Assembly: GCA_964247055.1 (NCBI GenBank)
Contig: OZ176052.1
Coordinates: 7,564,001-7,628,000 of the forward strand
Reading direction: 5' to 3'
DNA length: 64,000 nucleotides
DNA from: Paragordius varius
Taxonomy: Eukaryota; Animalia; Nematomorpha
Shown: positions 63,401-64,000 of the stretch, piece after piece
Layout of the letters: every line of letters begins with the position of its first letter
Numbering within the stretch: position 1 is the stretch's first letter
Program-made: the position numbers and the translations under genes
The notes under the pieces: generated by a model
Databases searched by the model: none
The model's input: the letters and a program-made list of their open reading frames with translations, nothing else
What the model was told of the DNA's origin: nothing

Positions 63401-63909
63401 AAAGTAATAAGCCAAAATCTATCTTTTTATAATATAATTAAATGTCAATTAATTTACTCCTTATTTTCCAATTGTCTTATATGATGAAATACATTGATCA
63501 CATCCCTTGGACGCCTTGGACTTTCATCAATTTTAGAGGCTAAAAATGTGGCTGCCATAGCAACAACCTACATAAAAATAATTAATAGATTTGAAATTAT
63601 GAAAATACGCAAAAAATGTACGTGTTCGAATTACCTCAAAATTGTATTTGACAAAGGATTTTATGAAAAAATATCTTTGATATAATAGTTGAGCAGTAGC
63701 GATTGAAACCTAAACATTATGCATGATAGTGTATACTTGTGGTAATCTCAATAGAACACCTGCTTCTTGAATCAATTCACATCCTCGTACTCGCAATTCA
63801 AAATCAATATCTTTGGTTAAATGATCCAATAACGAAGGTGGATTCAATACAAGATCAATAGGAATCAGAATGTTACTTAAACTAAATAGGGCCTGACAAC
63901 CTGAGTCAT
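57434..63909 (-). CDS. CCNL1: Cyclin L (CDK11 partner), at least 11 exons; start uncertain
   Basis: Exons ~63909-63737, 63709-63635, 63567-63458, 62779-62594, 62525-62426, 60628-60524, 60362-60254, 59870-59660, 59209-59040, 58467-58387, 57537-57434. Motifs [78 protein letters not shown]. The last four exons are inferred from phase and splice signals only. CCNL1 vs CCNL2 orthology cannot be assigned. Confidence 0.92.
57595..58352 (+). mobile_element. 5'-truncated Penelope-like element (GIY-YIG region) with an inverted terminal copy
   Basis: LPYI..V...IGKIL....I...[18 protein letters not shown]. 26-bp inverted repeat at 57595-57620 / 58327-58352. Hammerhead-like stem II + GAAAC remnant at 58261-58283. 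Confidence 0.85.
61263..62385 (+). mobile_element. Non-autonomous CMC element, copy 4 (in cyclin L intron)
   Basis: Perfect 17-bp TIR CACTAGACAACAAATTT / AAATTTGTTGTCTAGTG; TSD CTA/CTA. Confidence 0.85.
63710..63736 (-). other. 27-nt spliceosomal mini-intron (cyclin L)
   Basis: GTATACACTATCATGCATAATGTTTAG; ends in an in-frame TAG. Removal gives LRLPQ|VSIATAQ, gap-free against the family (human LPQVAMATGQ). Confidence 0.93.
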
Positions 63910-64000
63910 ATGAATTTTTATTCCATGTGCAAAACAATGAATGAAACGGACGATCAAAACTTTTTGGGCACTTTTATTTTTTTCACTTCACATCTATTTT

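Noticed and set aside
1-64000. Ciliate or microsporidian origin suggested by tiny introns and AT richness
   Set aside because: TAA and TAG act as stops in all gene models, and the GPCR, TJAP1/BEGAIN-like gene and animal-type intron positions point to a metazoan.

Overview
AT-rich, transposon-rich animal (metazoan) genomic DNA using the standard genetic code; I cannot name the species. I reconstructed five host genes by hand. (1) Uracil-DNA glycosylase (UNG, +, 8134-33772, 6 exons, 277 aa). (2) A TJAP1/BEGAIN-family coiled-coil gene (-, ~33883-34407, 5' end uncertain). (3) An intronless class-A GPCR (+, 40719-42026). (4) TFIIA large subunit (GTF2A1, +, 46122-57060, 13 exons, 505 aa). (5) Cyclin L (-, 57434 to ~63909). 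The most striking property is the intron architecture. Six homology-supported GT-AG introns are only 22-27 nt long, yet the same genes carry introns up to 9.4 kb and 14.9 kb. Both giant UNG introns are dominated by long inverted repeats. Intron 5 is a nested set of foldback elements around an 8.3-kb palindromic Tc1/IS630-like transposon with ~4-kb arms and two mirror-image transposase genes. Intron 2 holds a 1.66-kb-arm inverted duplication of a dead LINE, plus an RTE retrotransposon whose 5' end is a complete HDV-like ribozyme fold. Other mobile elements: a decayed full-length RTE, a two-gene PIF/Harbinger, a Penelope fragment, seven piggyBac-type MITEs, four Chapaev/CACTA-type non-autonomous elements and a hAT-type MITE. 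All coordinates, alignments and identities were read by eye, not computed. No tRNA, rRNA or CRISPR array was found.
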